From positions 1,056,001-1,120,000 of the forward strand of contig OZ253375.1 of the NCBI GenBank assembly GCA_965261005.1: a stretch of 64,000 nt of DNA, read 5' to 3'. A model generated the notes under the pieces. That model was not told where the DNA came from. It searched no databases and worked only from the letters and a program-made list of their open reading frames with translations. This document shows positions 61,866 to 64,000 of the stretch, one piece after another; positions within the stretch are counted from its first letter, which is position 1; each line of letters begins with the position of its first letter. The stretch is from Deinococcus sp. (GTDB lineage: Bacteria > Deinococcota > Deinococci > Deinococcales > Deinococcaceae). Position numbers and translations under genes: made by a program.

Positions 61866-63342
61866 GTATTTGATTAGCGAGGTGGTAGGGAGAGAGAGTG
61901 TCTTGTAGGGTAAGCGGGATGAGCGGCGAGGCGACCCCCAGCGTGACCGAACTCCTGGAGTTGGTGCGTACCCTCACCGCTCGCATCGAACGCCTCGAAG
62001 CCGAAAATAGACAACTGCACGAAGAAAACGCTCGGCTCAGGAAGCGGATCGAAGAGTTGGAGCGTCGCCAGAAGAAGCATGTCGCCCCCTTCAGCCGAGG
62101 CACCCCCAAGGCGAACCCTCAGCCGAGTGGACGCCGCGCGGGGCAGGGCGCGTTCACCTTCCGCGCGCCACCTGAGAACGAGGACATCACCCGTGTCGTG
62201 GATGTTCTCCTGCCCGCTCAGTGTCGGTGCGGTGGGGCGCTCGACGCGAGCCACACCGACCTCGCCACTGTCACGGACCTCCCGGAGCGCCGTCCCCAAG
62301 TGACGGCCTACCACCTCGCCGTGGGGCAGTGTCGGCACTGTGGTCGCCGCGTGCGAGCGACGCACCCGGACGTGCGTGAGGATCAACGAGGGGCCACCGC
62401 CCACCGTCTGGGTCCGGAGGTGCTGAGCCTTGCTCACGCGCTGCACTATGATCTCGGTGTACCGGTTCGGAAAGTTCCTGAGGTGCTGCGCCTCACCAGC
62501 GGGCTGAGGGTGACGCAGGGGGCGCTGACGCAAGACGCGTTGCGACAAAGCCAAGAGGGCAGCGCGCTGTCAGGCGAGTACCGGCAGTTGCGCGATGACG
62601 TGCAACGGCAGCCCTTGGTCCATCAGGACGACACGGGCTGGCGGGTGCACGGGGAACAAGCCTGGCTCCAGGTGTTCCGCACACCGGTCTCGGTGGTGTA
62701 CCAAATTCGCGCGCGGCACACCCACGCCGAGGTGCAGGAGGTGGTGCCGCAGAACTACGCGGGCGTGTTGTGCGTGGACCGCTTTAGCAGCTACGACCAC
62801 GCCAGCTTCAAAGACGTAGCACAGCAGAAGTGCATTCACCATGTCATCCGCTCGTGTGAAGCGGCGCTAGAGGACCAGCACGGCAAGCGAGGACGGGGAC
62901 GGGACTTTGCGCGGAGCTTGCTCGAAGACTTCCGGGCGGCTTTGATGTTGCACGCGCGCTTCCAACAGGGAGACTGCACGCTCGACAAGTACCGTCAGCG
63001 TGGAGAGGCGCTGCGTTTGAAGATCGAGAAGCGCCTGTTCGCCTCGTGTCGTTCACGAGAAAACAAACGGCTGGTGCGCGGCATCCGCAAGCATCACCAG
63101 CGGGAGAATCTGCTGCGCTTTCTGATGGACCCGAACGTACCGCCGACCAACAACGCGGCGGAGCGGGCACTTCGACCGGCGGTGATCGCGCGCAAGGTGT
63201 CGCAGTGCAGCAAGTCCTTCGGGGGCAGCGAGGCGTTCGCCATCTTCAAGTCCATTACGCAAACGGCCCGCCTCGCTGGACTCGATCCCTTCCAAACCCT
63301 GCTTGACCACCGACAGCAACAAAACACCCGCTAATCACATAC
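61866..63342 (+). mobile_element. IS66-family element, single-ORF (ISBst12-like group), 1477 bp
   Basis: TIRs GTATTTGATTAGCG / CGCTAATCACATAC; exact 8-bp target duplication GATATTTC (61858-61865, 63343-63350). Confidence 0.94.
61919..63334 (+). CDS. IS66-family transposase
   Basis: Coiled-coil N-terminus, CxC..CxxC zinc motif, HQDDTGW, VLCVDRFSSY, QKCIHH, PPTNNAAERALRPAVIARK. Confidence 0.93.
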   Translation: MSGEATPSVTELLELVRTLTARIERLEAENRQLHEENARLRKRIEELERRQKKHVAPFSRGTPKANPQPSGRRAGQGAFTFRAPPENEDITRVVDVLLPAQCRCGGALDASHTDLATVTDLPERRPQVTAYHLAVGQCRHCGRRVRATHPDVREDQRGATAHRLGPEVLSLAHALHYDLGVPVRKVPEVLRLTSGLRVTQGALTQDALRQSQEGSALSGEYRQLRDDVQRQPLVHQDDTGWRVHGEQAWLQVFRTPVSVVYQIRARHTHAEVQEVVPQNYAGVLCVDRFSSYDHASFKDVAQQKCIHHVIRSCEAALEDQHGKRGRGRDFARSLLEDFRAALMLHARFQQGDCTLDKYRQRGEALRLKIEKRLFASCRSRENKRLVRGIRKHHQRENLLRFLMDPNVPPTNNAAERALRPAVIARKVSQCSKSFGGSEAFAIFKSITQTARLAGLDPFQTLLDHRQQQNTR

Positions 63343-64000
63343 GATATTTCCAGTTGTCTGGGGAGGGGTGAAGCAGAAGGTCTTGGAGGGTGTCGAGGCC
63401 GAGGCGGAAGACGCTGACTTGGGCGTAGCCGTGGGCTTTGCGCTTGATCTTATGCTGAGCCGCTTGGAATTCACCCGTGAGGCAGGCCCAGACAAAAGCG
63501 AGCGACACGACCACCAGCAGCGTGGAGACGCGCTCAGCCCGAGTGAGGCCAGTGTCTTCGAGGTTGAAGCCTCTGGTTTTGAGCGCGGCGTGCAGGTTCT
63601 CGCACTGCCATCTCAGCGCGTAGCGGCGTAGGTTCTGGCCGGACCAGCCCTTGTACGCCAAGTACGTGGCAAGACGGAGCAGGACGGCCTGCTCCTCGAC
63701 TTGATGGATACGACGTGTCTCTACAACCTTGGTAGAGCATCTCGCCGGCAGCGTTCTTGGTCGCCAGCACGCGTAGCTTGACGCCGTAGACGGTGACGGC
63801 CTTGTGCCAGAAGCGCACCTCACCGACATGGAGCTTGCGAAAGCAGGCCCAGACGGGGATGCCGTTCATCTTCGAGTTGGCGCGCAGTCGGATACAGGGG
63901 GCGATCTGGTGCTGAGCGAGAAAAGAGAACCACGTCTTTCCGACGAACTCGCGGTCGGCCAGCAGTCCGGAGACGCGCCGATTACCAGCAACAGCCAGAA

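Larger units (their letters stand above)
61822..64000 (-). pseudogene. IS4-family transposase (runs off the window) disrupted by IS66 and a 67-bp insertion
   Basis: LLADREFVG, PCIRL, RYALRWQCENLHAALKTRGFNLEDT; with IS66 removed the frame continues NWKYLARLALRFEE* (stop 61826-61828) and the element ends in TAGTCAG. Confidence 0.88.

Overview
High-GC bacterial chromosome segment, most likely Deinococcaceae (leaderless -10 boxes directly ahead of start codons, Deinococcus-type IS4/IS66 elements, PprM-like cold-shock protein, Ndx1-like Nudix enzyme). The left ~28 kb is core genome: a PAS-GGDEF-EAL protein cut by the window edge, a divergent pair of 23S rRNA modification genes (RlhA-like U32 and RlmI-family m5C methyltransferase), two tandem metallophosphoesterases, an amidohydrolase, a nadM-Nudix/nadV NAD-salvage operon, a ~200 bp MITE-like repeat, gatA-scpB-tsaC, pilC, two cold-shock genes, ispH, an S10 peptidase and clpS-clpA. 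The right ~36 kb is an accessory surface-polysaccharide island: wzy-like polymerase, GT4/GT2 glycosyltransferases, wzx, uxs, ugd, gmd, fcl, WecG-type GT, wzc and wbaP, plus Fn3/kelch/malectin/propeller lipoproteins and an AfsR/SARP-type regulator, damaged by nested IS4 and IS66 insertions. Main observation: nine transcription units of the island share one promoter architecture read directly from the DNA (heptamer, 4 nt, KTAACGC-like heptamer, 9 nt, -10 box). This is the geometry known for SARP activators and points to a SARP-controlled exopolysaccharide/lectin regulon. Also notable are an intact but catalytically dead paralog of GDP-fucose synthase beside fcl and a 6x22-aa repeat protein coupled to nadV. 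All calls are from motif recognition only; no database searches were run.
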